Below are positions 40,319 through 53,900 of a DNA stretch of 64,000 nt, one piece after another. The stretch's first letter is position 1, and each line of letters begins with the position of its first letter. The notes under the pieces are model-generated. The model ran no database searches. It was given only the letters and a program-made list of their open reading frames with translations, and had not been told where the DNA came from. Both the position numbers and the translations under genes were made by a program. This DNA comes from Antedon mediterranea (Eukaryota > Animalia > Echinodermata), in assembly GCF_964355755.1 (NCBI RefSeq), contig NC_092672.1, forward strand, positions 10,540,001 to 10,604,000, given 5' to 3'.

Positions 40319-41336
40319 CGTGGCTTGCCTCTCGTTATTTGGAGTCAGTTTTATACTGTTATTTATATATAGGCTAATCAGTGCATTTTTTTGGTTTTAT
40401 AATATAAATTGTTGTAGTTCTCTACACTATATAGCTTGAAAACCTGTACTTAATGCACAGCTATCGCTAACCCTAAGTCTATGATTGCTTTAGGCCATTA
40501 TTGGTCCGATTTTGTAGATAGTAGATACAGTAAAATGTTGTGTACAACATAATTAAAACAAACTTGAATTTTCCTCTACTACATAACCAAAAAAATTTAT
40601 GATATTCCGATGTTGATTTCTGACTGCGCATGCGTGTCGAAACAAACCGTCTTCCGAGAACGTTGCGTCAAGTCAAATCTACTACTGCATAATGTTCTGT
40701 ATAGTTTAAATAATTTATTGTATTGCATACGGTTAACTCATTCATGTGTTTTGTGAAAGACGAATTGTAGGCATATAGCAAAGATTTCACGGATTCTTTT
40801 CAATGATTTATATAAATTCGTCATTTTGATAACACGAAGTGGTTAAAACGCATTTTTCGAAGCTATAGGCCTACTAGGCCTATATAATATTTTCGTGCGC
40901 GTTTTAATGTGTGTAATCCACATAATCGGTATGAATTTTGTGTTTTATGTAACATTTTCTATTTAATATCATTAATATTTCAACCAAAACTTAATTTAAA
41001 AAATATAGGTCTATTTGATTCATTTATGCAATAGTGTGGGCCCATTTTTTTTTCTAATTCTAATCCTCTTAATATAATAAATAGAACAAGAAATCATTGC
41101 ATAATACGTTAGGTTTAACTTTATGAATTCAATTATAGCATAATTGTGTTTTTGTAATCAATAGGATATATTGGCAAAAATGTTTGAATAAAATATAAGG
41201 CCTAGCATGCAATATGTTTTTGAGATTGTTCTATTAGTTCTTATAAATCATGCAAATGTACAGAACGACAACAAACGAATGATCACATGTTTAGATAAAC
41301 ACACCTTAGTGAAACCAAAAAGAATGCATCTCACTC

Positions 41337-41930
41337 TTGATTAAAAGTGTTTATTTTCCATTGATTAAAAGTGTTTATTTTCCATTGATTGACAGTGTTT
41401 ATTTTCCATTGATTGAAAGTGTTTATTTTCCATTGATTGACAGTGTTTATTTTCCATTGATTAAATGTGTTTATTTTCCATTGATTGAAAGTGTTTATAT
41501 TCCATTGATTGAAAGTGTTTATTTTCCATTGATTAAAAGTGTTTATTTTCCATTGATTGAAAGTGTTTATTTTCCATTGATTGAAAGTGTTTATTTTCAA
41601 TTGATTAAAAGTGTTTATTTTCCATTGATTGAAAGTGTTTATTTTCCATTGATTGAAAGTGTTTAATTTCCATTCATTGAAAGTGTTTATTTTCCATTGA
41701 TTGAAAGTGTTTATTTTTCATTGATTGAAAGTGTTTATTTTCAATTGATTGAAATTGTTTATTTTCCATTGATTGAAAGTGTTTATTTTCCATTGATTGA
41801 AATTGTTTATTTTCCATTGATTGAAAGTGTTTATTTTCCATTGATTGAAAGTGTTTATTTTCCATTGATTAAAAGTGTTTATTTCCCATTGATTAAATGT
41901 GTTTATTTTCCATTGATTGAAAGTGTTTAT
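41337..41930. repeat. 24-bp minisatellite (TTGATTGAAAGTGTTTATTTTCCA)n, ~24 copies
   Basis: Direct tandem units; the spurious ORFs show an 8-aa periodicity. Confidence 0.95.
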
Positions 41931-42726
41931 ATTACGAAGTGATATCAGTGTACAGTATTATACCAGGGAGTTGTTATCTAATAACAACTCCCTGATTATA
42001 CTATTTACTAATTTAAATATGTAGGCCCATTGTCCCCAACACTTGAAAATAAAGATGAATAATATTAAACTTTTTAACGACCATTTTGTAGTTACCAGTT
42101 CCGCAGTAAAAAAGTAACAAAAGTAATGATTCAGTTATCTGACAGATTTCTGGTTGAATTTTTTTGTCTTGAAATTACAGGTCCTCATGTAAAACTGTAA
42201 CAAAAATATTTTGTTCCATGTTTTGATCAAAATTAAAAAACTATTGTGTGACTTTAGAATCACATATTCAACAACTTAATGGTTTAATAAACCTTTTTTT
42301 TAAGGGTGACAATTACATTTCTATTTGTCTTTTTTGTGGATCATGGCACTTGTATAAACCATCACAGATAAATATTACATAAACAAAAGATAATTACTCG
42401 CCTATCACAAACGGTGCAATTATAACGTGCACATGCGTCATCCTTTACATGCCATTTGTTGATATAACAGTTACTAATCTTTTATTAGTAAGTTTTAACT
42501 GCTACGGAATAATAATACGATCCCATTTATATTCACATTGTTTTTTTTCTTCAAATTATAGGCCTAATTATAGTTTTTAGTTTCCTTTTCATGTCGACCT
42601 TTGGTGGTCAATGCTTAAAGTAATTCCTATTTATTTTGATCTACTTTCATACATTGTCTTCTTTTTATCTTTTTTCCTAAAATATGAATATCTGTTCTAT
42701 GTTGTTGAATATGTGGAAAATAAATG

Positions 42727-43128
42727 AAACAAACAACACAAACGCAGTATCGAGAGTCTATCGTTAGCTGAAAAGCAACAAACAACACAAACGCAGTATC
42801 GAGAGTCTATCGTTAGCTGAAAAGCAACAAACAACACAAACGCAGTATCGAGAGTCTATCGTTAGCTGAAAAGCAACAAACAACACAAACGCAGTATCGA
42901 GAGTCTGTCGTTAGCTGAAAAGCAACAAACAACACAAACGCAGTATCGAGAGTCTATCGTTAGCTGAAAAGCAACAAACAACACAAACGCAGTATCGAGA
43001 GTCTATCGTTAGCTGAAAGGCAACAAACAACACAAACGCAGTATCGAGAGTCTATCGTTAGCTGAAAAGCAACAAACAACACAAACGCAGTATCGAGAGT
43101 CTATCGTTAGCTGAAAAGCAACAAACAA
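42727..43128. repeat. 49-bp tandem repeat, ~8 near-identical copies
   Basis: CGCAGTATCGAGAGTCTATCGTTAGCTGAAAAGCAACAAACAACACAAA recurs at 42743, 42792, 42841 and onward, with no spacers. Confidence 0.95.
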
Positions 43129-43497
43129 CTTAAATTAATTTAAAAAACATGAGTTTTGACCATTACATTACTTATTTCTTGTTTTGTGGTGCTGATATAA
43201 TGAGAACATAATATTAATAATGAGAAATTAACTGTAAAGATTATGTAGACCTATAACGCCAGAGTTAAAACCGTTCTGTTTTGTGGATCAAATAAATTTA
43301 AACGCCATCATTTTCAGTTGATGGTTAGTAATTTTACAATTACTTAATTAATTAATTAATTTTACAATTTTGCAGAAAATTGGATTATGTTGACTCACGA
43401 GGTCGTTTATTGGCAAAGATAAGATATATATATATATATATATATAAATTAATTTGAAACGATAAAGATGAGGAAATCTGTGAGAATGAGAAAAAGT

Positions 43498-43569
43498 CGC
43501 CCCAACCGAGACTCGAACTCGGACCGCCTGCTTGATATGCAGATGTCCTAACCATTAGACCACTGGGGC
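43498..43569 (-). tRNA. tRNA-like gene or pseudogene, anticodon ATC (Asp-like), probably repeat-borne
   Basis: GCCCCAG TG GTCT-AATGGTTA-GGAC A TCTGC-ATATCAA-GCAGG CGGT CCGAG-TTCGAGT-CTCGG TTGGGGC G: full 72-nt cloverleaf with A and B boxes, followed by ACTTTTT (Pol III terminator-like). Confidence 0.6.
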
Positions 43570-43695
43570 TTTCATGGTATTGTTCGAACTCGATTGGATA
43601 GCGACTTTTTAACATTCTCGGCGTGGTACGGCGGAACAGCACTAGTCCTCAGTTGTACGCACGTGCACCACAGATCAAATTGATACGCCCTCATC

Positions 43696-43882
43696 TTACA
43701 GTATTTTTATTCACGAGGCGGGATCTCCGAATCGTGAAATTAATTAATTAATTAATCAAATTAATTAAATAAATTTCAGTATATCACCGGGCGGTTTAGA
43801 ATTAATGTTCTTTGCCTGATTTGTTTATATATATAAAAGTATCTCTTCGGAGATCCCGCCTCGTGAATAAAAATACTGTAAG
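43696..43882. repeat. ~36-bp inverted repeat pair within the tRNA-bearing element
   Basis: CTTACAGTATTTTTATTCACGAGGCGGGATCTCCGAA (43696-43732) versus TTCGGAGATCCCGCCTCGTGAATAAAAATACTGTAAG (43846-43882). Confidence 0.85.
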
Positions 43883-44007
43883 CAAATTACTGAAAAAATT
43901 GACAATGCTGTGGGTATCAGTGGCCAGTGGCTGGATCTCAATGGAGATACAAAAATAAAAAGCGAAAAGCTAAATCAAAACGATAAAGTAAACAGCCAGA
44001 AAAGTTA

Positions 44008-44044
44008 GCAGAGCTTTCGGGCAACACTAGCCCTTCATCAGTGC
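44008..44044 (-). ncRNA. Minimal type I hammerhead ribozyme (Penelope-like element type)
   Basis: Minus strand GCA-CTGATGA-A-GGGC-TAGTGTT-GCCC-GAAA-GC-TC-TGC: intact core, stem II GGGC/GCCC, palindromic AGCT stem III. Abuts a (TA)n run. Confidence 0.7.
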
Positions 44045-44265
44045 ATATATATATATTTATTCGTCCAATGATTTGTGGAAGTTTGCTTTGAATTGTCACA
44101 TTAAAATATACTGAGCTCATAAAAACAGTTACATACACGAAACAGTAAACATTTATATAAATTAAAAGTACAAACTCAAAATATTGATTCGTCAAGTTCA
44201 GAATTTAATTTCAATTAATTGGGAATAAAAGAATTCATACATATCAAATGTGATAATCCTGACTT

Positions 44266-44467
44266 AAACTCTGTCTACACTATCACACTTTATATGACAA
44301 ATAAACATATGATGTGCCCATATATGGACATGACGATGATATATTACTATAATATTTGGGTATATCACTACCATATTTGGGCATATCACTACCATATTTG
44401 GGTATATCACTACCATATTTGGGCATATCACACTTTTTTTTGTCAAACTAATTTGATAGTGTAGATT
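44266..44467. mobile_element. MITE family with CTCTGTCTACAC TIR (other copies ~23058-23195, ~39930-40043, 53159-53304)
   Basis: ACTCTGTCTACACTATCA...TGATAGTGTAGA with internal CACTACCATATTTGGGCATAT repeats. The copy at 53159-53304 has full AGCTCTGTCTACAC/GTGTAGACAGAGCT TIRs. Confidence 0.75.
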
Positions 44468-44940
44468 TACACTTGACATCGTCGATCTAGTAATTTAATA
44501 TAAAACAGTGTTATAGCATTGTATTCCTTTGTAAGTTATTTATTTCTTATTTGGTTGTTTCGTTGAGATCTGAAGTATCTGTAACCAGGTTTGTGCTATT
44601 TTTCATCCAATATTTGGCGATCTTTATTTGAAATCTTAATTTTGGCAGCCTGCTCTTTGATTTCAACCTATAAGCGACCACTTGAATGATGGGACCAAGA
44701 AACACAAGAGATGCAAACGAGACTCAAATTTCTGCATAATAAATAATACATATTACCATTATCATTTATATTTCCACCGTGAACAACTTCTGGATATGAC
44801 ATTAAGATCTGCCAAGAAGTACATGATTTATTAATTTTAACAAGACAAAACAATGAATTGAAATTAAACAATTATAAGTTCCTTTTAAATATTCCACCTC
44901 TTGGATGCGATGTTCAGTATTGAGGACCAGCCTGGTGAAG

Positions 44941-47900
44941 ATGGCCATCTTGAAATTCCTCTTAATTTTTGTTGTGTTTCCGTTATACTGTAGTTCTGCA
45001 GACGTTACAGGTAGGATTGAGTTAAATTGTTTGTTGAAGTTTAAGTTTGATTCCTATTTAGATCAATTTTCCAAGTAACATTGAACAAAATTAATATAAA
45101 CTAAGGAAAAACATTGCTAAAATCCAAAGGTAGCAAATGAAAACGATAAAGAAAATTATAAATAAAATACATATTGTTAACATACTTTTTATAAATTTAC
45201 AAGTATACATATTTGTCAGTCACGTTTCTCGGGTATAATATTATTTTAAATATGTTATTTCATTTTACTGATGATGTTATTCAGCACAACAACGAAACAA
45301 ATAAGTCTTAAATTTCTTTCATTTTATTGTTTGGAAGTATTATTATCATGACATTACTTTAAACACTCTGGTGAGTACAGGATTTACGCAGGTGGAAAAA
45401 CCTTCGAATAAATCAAAGCAAAGTGTATACAGTTTATTTTAATTGTTAAAATTTACATGTTACAGACGCAAAAAATGCCGTATGCCCAAACGATTGTTCC
45501 TGTAGGCCTGACTATCGCCAGTGTAAGAACTTTGTCTCTTGTGGTGGATGGAGTAATGACACCTCTGTTAAAGTAAACGCATACACACCAGCAATAGACT
45601 TCTTGTAAGTATTTACTATGGTTGTGTTCAGATCCATATAGACTCTAGGTGTGATTCACTACTGCTTTTAATAGTAAAAACCGCAAGGAAAAAAATAATA
45701 ACATAGGAACATCCCGTCAAACTTGTTTTAATACTAATATCTTCCGTAAACGTTTATTTATATTATACAGTTTATTTAGGGTTATGTTTCTGTTCATGAT
45801 CTCCCTATTGCAGCAACCTGCCTTTGAAATAACTGTGATTTGGTGTTTTCAAATTCTCAAACAAAGACCCAACGATATTGAGAAGTTTTATTAGTGGTGT
45901 CTGTTTGCGAGATTTCTCGAAACAAGAAACCTCAATAGAACTTGCTGTTGTGAGTTGTTTTAGTTGAGTTTTCGTTTTCTGGATTCATGTCTGGTCACAT
46001 TTACGTTCGAAGTCTTTTTACCAACGGTTCACACTTTTAACTACAATAAATTAAGATTAAATGAATGTTGCCAAAATACACAACAATACTATATTTCTCC
46101 CCCCCCCCCCCCCCATTTTTTTTATTAGTCCTTTTTACTTAATTTTTTCTTGTATTATTTGTTTTTCTTTCTTTTTTCTTCCTTTATTTATTTTTGTAAT
46201 TTGTTTCTACTATTTTTTTTTCTTTCTTTTTACTTCTTCTTTTCTTTCTTCTTTTGTTTTTCTATTTTCTCCTTCTTTATGTTTTATTATTTCTACTTTA
46301 TATTCTGTTTACTTTTCTGCTGTCTTCTTTCTATTTTATTTTTACTTCTACTACTTTTTCTTATTTTCTCTTTTTCCTTCTTCATATCCAACAAAAATGT
46401 TAGAAACTCTGACATTTTCAGGATTAATTTTGAGTTTCGAGGTTACAGAATAATATTTTATTAGAAATATTCCAATCCAACAATTAGTATTAAATCTCGA
46501 ATTTTCGCACTAGGCAGTAAAAAACTATATTACAATTGTAAGTTAAACTAAAAGTTAATTTTGTTACATTAAACTGGCAAATTAAATTTTACATCTGTAT
46601 TTTTTTTCTAGGGATTTGTCCGGTAGCAGTTTAAGTAGATTGCTAAACAATGCATTCAATAGATTGACTAAATTGATAATTCTGTAAGTATCAGATATTG
46701 TTTAAATAAAATTTTGCAGGCGAATGAGCACTAATGCATTTAGGTTTGCGTTACACTATGTGTTTCCAAATAGTTCAGAATGTCTTGGCGTTACGGTTGT
46801 TATGTTTCAACCGTGTTCTATGTCTTCGTTCTCAGGAATCCTTTTGCCAGCACGTGGTGTACCACGAACTTAATACATGTGTAAGAATCAGACCTCCCAA
46901 CTTGGAAAAATGAAATATTGGGATGTCTTTTTGAAATTATAGAGGGTGCTATAATACTACATTACACCATAGAGGGCGCTATGAAAAATCTAAAAAATAT
47001 AGCCATCTTATATAATACGTGCCAAAGGCGAAAATTGCATTATTTCACTTACTGAACAACACATGAATAGATTATAGATATTATATGGACCGATATTTGT
47101 ATGTTTCTATGCTTTTATCAATATCTAGAGTTAGTGGAAATTATAGATTTATACATATTGGGAAAATGTTTCCGTTCATCCAAAATATCGGGAGAAATTG
47201 CATTTAAGCGGAAGCAGACTTAAAATATTGGGGAACTCCCGCCATTATGGGGAGAGTTGGGAGGTCTGAGGAATTATTTTGTCGCCTTAAGCCTAGACAA
47301 AAACCCAATACCACCACGTACACCTTAAAAGTACCTGGTATGCATACCCATCGTATCAGCCGATTCTCAGTACTTTTGTTGGACAAAGTAAATAACCCTT
47401 AGCCTAACCTTAACCGTCTATGACGCAGGCACCAAATAAGCTGTGAACTTGCTTATAATTATAGGAAAATCATTGTCGTCATAATGGAGCCAGCAATGAA
47501 AATGTATCTTACATAGCGAGTTAGGTCTATCCTAGTTTATGTGATTGGTTGGTATTATAGAGTTTAGTTGTATTTTGAAAATTCCACACTTTGGAATTCT
47601 GAAGTATCAAATAGGCCTACTATACATACTGGGTATATCATTATACGTAACAATACAATTGAAGTATTGTATTCATTAGCTAAATTCTCAATAAGACGGT
47701 TACATATTTTCTTTCCGGAGAGGCACCCACTAAGCACTTATAATAAGACAAACTTAGATGACAGAAAACATTGCATGTTTCTAGAATCCCGTTTTTTAGT
47801 CACGTGCAACAGCTCACTATGTCGGTCGGTCGGTCGGTAAACACCAACTCAAATTTCAGCACGCGACTGCAGCCGTCTATATGGCCTTGTTTTAATTCTG

Positions 47901-50900
47901 CAATGTTTTTATGCACTTTTAGGGATTTGTCGTGGAACGCTATTACTAGCTTGCCAGCCGACGCATTTACTGGATTGGAAACATTGTTAATTCTGTAAGT
48001 CCATTCATACAAAATACGTAGGCCTGCATACTACTTTCAACTTCATTGAAATATTTTTCTTGTGATTTTACACAATGTGTGCATGCTTCAATGAATGTAT
48101 TTCGTTTGTAAAATTATTAAAACGTCCTTTGATGAACTTAAAAGTATAACATAATGAAACACTTCTTTTTCTTAGGGATTTGTCCGAAAACGACATGATG
48201 ACATTGACACATAACTTGTTTTCTGGATTATCAGCTTTGAAAGAACTGTAAGTTATCGTGTTTTCACGCCTGATTGTTAAACGTTACAAACTAATAGTGA
48301 TCGAGTATATGGAGCAAATAAGCGGACATTTTAACAAATATACAAAAAAACAATGTTAAGAAATGCAAAACTATTCACAAGGCCGTGTTTCCGCAACCCA
48401 TATAAAAATCGATAATTAGGCCTACTCCGCGTCTAAATCTGTAGCACTGCCTTTTTTAATGGCCTAGCTTCCCGGCCTAGCAAAAGTAGGTGTGTATGAG
48501 TGACAAAATAATCAATCAATGTTTTGTATTCGTTAAAGACATAAATAGAGTAGTCAATCTCACGAAACGACCAAATCACGTAAACGACAATATCTTGTAA
48601 ACGGTCACATCCGTAAACGACCACACCCGTAAACGGCCACATCCGTAAACGACACATCCGTAAACGGCCACATCCGTAAACAACCACATCCGTAAACAAC
48701 CACACCCGTAAACGGCCACATCCGTAAACGACCACACCCGTAAACGGCCACACTCGTAAACGATCACATCCGTAAACGATCACACCCGTAAATGACCACA
48801 TCCGTAAACGGCCACTTCTGTAAACAGCCACATCCGTAAACGGCCACATCCGTAAACAACCACACCCGTAAACGGTCACATCCGTAAACAACCACACTCG
48901 TAAACGGCCACACTCGTAAACGGCCACATCCGTAAACGACCACAACCGTAAACGACCACACTTGTAAACGGCCACATCCGTAAACGACCACACCCGTAAA
49001 CAACCACACCCGTAAACGGTCACATCCGTAAACAACCACACTCGTAAACGGCCACACTCGTAAACGGCCACATCCGTAAACGACCACAACCGTAAACGAC
49101 CACATCCGTAAACGACCACACTTGTAAACGGCCACACCCGTAAACGGCCACATCCGTAAACGACCACACCCGTAAACGGCCACATCCGTAAACGGCCACA
49201 TCCATAAACGACCACATCTGTAACGGCCACATCCGTAAACGACTACATCCGTAAACGGCCAAACTCGTGAACGACCACATCCGTTAACGGCTACATCCGT
49301 AAACGACCACATCCGTAAACGACCACATCCGTTAACGGCCACATCCGTAAACGACACAGCCGTAAACGACCACATCCGTAAACGCCCGCATCCGTTAACT
49401 GCTACATCCGTAAACGGCCACACTCGTAAACGGCCACATCCGTTAATGGCCACATTCGTAATCAGTTTTCAGATTGTGTTAATCAATGATTGATCAATTG
49501 AAAAAGTTATAAAAAATATATTTCAATTTTTAGAAAAAAAAATGACATAGTTATATTACTTGTTTATATTTAAGGTATTTGTCCAATAACAGAATAGATA
49601 CATTAGAAGGAAATGACTTATTTACTGGATTGAAATCATTGAACAAACTGTAAGTTTTGGGTAGTTTCTTTTTTCATACTTGTTTAACAATAAACACCAT
49701 TTTGGTGTCAATAGAGTAGCCGGTTTGTTTTAAGAGAATAATAATGATAATAGGTCTAATAAAAATATATATTATAGGGCATATCACTTGCAAACAAGGT
49801 AGGGTTAGTATTACCCGAAAGCTCTGCAATTTTTTGTTGTTGATTTAGTTTATTTTACTTATATCACCATTGAGATTCAGCCACTGATACCCACATACTT
49901 GTAATTTTTTCAGTAATTTCTCCTTTGAACAATACGAATTTTATGTAATTAGATTTTAAATCAATCCGTATGTATGTATCGGCGTTTTAACTTAAATTTA
50001 CTCGTTTATATAGTGTGTGAATGTGGGCTTCATTCTTGTATTCAATCAATTCAGTTTATTGTGAAGATGATTAAAAAAAAATATCATTATGATGAATGAT
50101 CGGAATAAAAAATGTGACCCAAGGTACTTAATTTACAATGGTTTTATTTTCCTAAGGGTCTTTTCCGAAAACTACATAACTAAATTGAAGGTTAACTTCA
50201 CTGAATTGTCAGCATTGGAAGAACTGTAAGTTGTATTGCTTGTAACTGATAATTATAGGCCTACATTACGCATGAACATAATTAATATCAAATATTGAAT
50301 TAAATATATAACTAAATTGTACTTTACTATAATACAGTATACTAAAAGTTATAACGTAAAAGTCAATAACATCGTATAGTTTAAGTTTATTTAAAGTTTT
50401 AAAAACCCGTGAAATTGGAATTAACAAATAATAACAACATATTAATGTACTTTGGTTTCTTGTTATTTAAGGGATTTATCCCAGAATCTATTGCCTAATT
50501 TGAAAACCGATACATTTACTGGGTTGGTGAATCTGACAAATCTGTAAGTTGTTTCAATGCTTTTTAATTGTACAGTAGTTTGAGATACCTGGCTCTTGTG
50601 TTGCATTTGCTCTGTATCACAGGAATATTTGGTAGTACAGCACTCATTTGTATCACATGGTGCCTGTATCATGTAAGGTTTGGTTAAGGAGATACATGTG
50701 AAAAAAAAATATTAACAAATATTCCTACTGAAGAAATCTAGATGCATTAACAAGGAAGAAAGAACGCATGGTGATATACAGGCCAACATAATGTATTTTA
50801 TCATGTTTTTGTTTTCCTAAGGGATTTGTCCAAAAACAAAATAAAAACATTGGAAGGTAACACTTTTAATGGATTGTCAGCGTTGAAAGAACTGTAAGTT

Positions 50901-53900
50901 ACTTAGTACTTGAATAGTCTGGTATTAAGTTAAGCTTATATTTACTCATTATTAAAGGCTTTAATAGAAATGTTATATCTGTATATACCTTAACAAAAAA
51001 CAGGTTATCTGTATTAAACTTTAGGTAATCCAATAACTAATTATGATTACTTACGGAAATTTGTGTGGAATAATAATGTATAGAGTTTTAATCAATAGAC
51101 CTGCGGATAATTTTTCTTTGAATAATTAATAAACTTCTTGAAAATCTAACAAAATTGGCAGAGAATTAAGTATAATCCTTAATATACAATGTTGTTTATT
51201 TTTAAGTGATTTGAGCGGAAACAGTATAACTAAATTGGTAAGCAACACATTTATCGGATTGGACGTGTTGACCAAACTGTAAGTTATGCTTCTAGTCCAT
51301 TACATCATGGATAAAATTCAAGGATATTCATCGACGGTGAGATCAAAAGATTACCCAACGCGCTAGCCCACTGCAAAAAGCACGCTAATCTCCGTCTCTC
51401 TTGTCGCGGCACTCTGTGAATCAACCGTTAAAATATTTTAAATCAGGATCAATAACAAAACGTAGCCATGTACAAATCGTATGCGCAGTCTGATTGTTCT
51501 ATTGACATGTCTGCGCCGAGGATTAATTGACAACACAAAAATATATTGCTGAACAGCTATTTTTAATTTCATTAAAATCGGACTACGGAAAGTTCACTTT
51601 CTTACGACAGTAGTCTTAAGTACTTAAGTTTTTTATATTTGAATTATCATATTGTTCCGGAAATCTCCGGATATTAAAAATTACGTTATATAGACTACAG
51701 TATTAAATAATGCATTTTAACAAGTATGTCTTTGTGTGCGGTGGTGTTCAGTGAAATAATTTTGTTTTAACTATAAGGTTATATGAATCTCCTAATAATT
51801 GATCGTTGTGAATATATTTGTATTGTAGTGTCTGGTGATTGGCTAGTAGTTATGTCATCTACGTCACAGCCAATAACCGTGGTCCCTGGTCTGATTGCCG
51901 CCATACCACAACGGCTAAAAGTATTTTCTATAAACTTCTTGGTTGCGAATTCATGTGCTTGTCGGAAAGAGGGATGGAACGATTTATATTACCCCTGATA
52001 CATATCCTTGTGTTATTTTATCCATGGTACATAATGGAACGAGCTTTCGTTTCCGGGATATATTCTTATTTTGCTAAAGTGGTATTATTTCTTGCATATC
52101 ATTGAAAGACTGAATGAATAAAAATTCTTATATTAATAAGTTACCGGTAGCTAATTTGTATCGGATACTTTGTCCTAAATGTTACCTAACTTTTGGTATA
52201 ATTACCAATTATATTTAATTATACCAATTAATAATTACTTTCAGAACTCTATGCTAATTGGTCCTGTTCAGTTCCAACCAGTAAAGTGCTTGACAAATAA
52301 TTTACTTTCATTCTGCATTTTTTTTTCATTTGTAAGGGATTTTACTGGCAACACTATAAATGCATTGGACACCAACGCATTTACTGGATTGGCAAAATTG
52401 GAACATCTGTAAGTGTGTTAACGTTAAAAGTGAAATTAATTGTTTGTAAACTGTCAACGGTAACGCTTGGTTCAATTCCCACTAGAGATGCAATACAAGG
52501 ACGTAACGCAACGTAAGCGATGGATTACTCGAACTGTCGCTTGTCATTGGTTAACACGCTTGTGTTGCGTTTACGTCCTTGCGTTACGTTCTAGTGGGAA
52601 CCAAGCTTAAGGGAGTTATTTACCGGGGTAAGATGGTTTCTACCCACCAAACTTACCGATAAAACCAATATTCCCGGGTATATCTAAACCTGAATCAATC
52701 AATCAATCAATCGTTCGATGTATATAGCTAAACCTGAATGAGTTCTTTGTAATCTCTTACAGTCTACTCCATTAGCCATTTTAATTGTATTTTTAATAAC
52801 GCTTCATGACTGTAATTTTGATTTGAAGGAAGTTGAGCGATAAAGGGATAACTAAGTTGGCGTCCGGGACGTTCACTGGTATGGATTCATTGAAAATACT
52901 GTAAGTCATTTGCACTTTGAAGAAGTACAAAAATTCTACTTGTTGATAATATATTTCTTTCGGAAAGTCATATAAAGTAAATTGATCATAGTAAAGGTTC
53001 CGTATGCACAAATAGGACGCCATATACATTGCAGCACAGGTTCGCAATCCATATTGACAGTATTTAAGTAATTAATAATAATATAATAATAGTTGATTTG
53101 AAATGCACGTTGTTTCTATCGGACACACACACGCGATACAGTATCGTCAAAAAACGAAAGCTCTGTCTACACTATCAAACTAGTTTGACAAAACAACAGT
53201 TTGATGTGCCGTAATAATGGTAGTTATATGACGTCATCGTATCGATATAGTTGAGCACGTCAAAGTTTTTTTGTCACATAAAGTTTGATAGTGTAGACAG
53301 AGCTGATGTGTTGTTGTTGTTTGATTGTTAAAAAGGGCAAGGAACACCTTTTATATAGGCCCATATTTCAGGAAAAACATTCTTTTCGTTCCTTTTTTAA
53401 GGACATTTACTTTTTTATAATAGTTACTCCAATCAGCACAAAGATCCAATTGACATACTGTTTTTTATTTTCAGGGAATTGTCTAACAACAAAATAAGTA
53501 AATTACCAGGCAATGCATTTTTTGGTTTGAATAAATTAGAAAAATTGTAAGTATTGTTGGAATCTATGTCATTGTTTTCCTTATTTATGAGATAGGAAGA
53601 CTCAATGCGATTGAATCTTTTGGCTTCAACTAAACTAAATTTACTATTGATCCATTATCATAGGACTACAATACTTGAGCATAGTGAAACATTATTACAG
53701 CTTTTATGAGATGTGAAAGGACCAACATAGCCATATCTATTTTAAAACAAAAAGTAACAGTGAAACATTTAATGTATTTAAACTATTTTCTTTGAAGGGA
53801 TTTGAAAGATAATGAAATTGAAACGTTGGTAGCCACTGTGTTTAATGATTTGGGAGAATTAAAAGAATTGTAGGTATTTCGCCATCATTCTTGTGAAAGT

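Noticed and set aside
41331-41942. LIESVYFP / KINTFNQW repeat ORFs
   Set aside because: Artefacts of the 24-bp minisatellite.
42727-43128. Regular 49-bp repeats resembling a CRISPR array
   Set aside because: Units are head-to-tail with no unique spacers, there are no cas genes, and the context is eukaryotic.
46061-46464. Phe-rich hydrophobic ORFs resembling membrane proteins
   Set aside because: T-rich low-complexity intron sequence.
48433-49453. 265-aa and 229-aa repetitive ORFs (VVVYGCGRLRMWPFT)
   Set aside because: They are translations of a stop-free 16-bp intronic minisatellite that is open in several frames.
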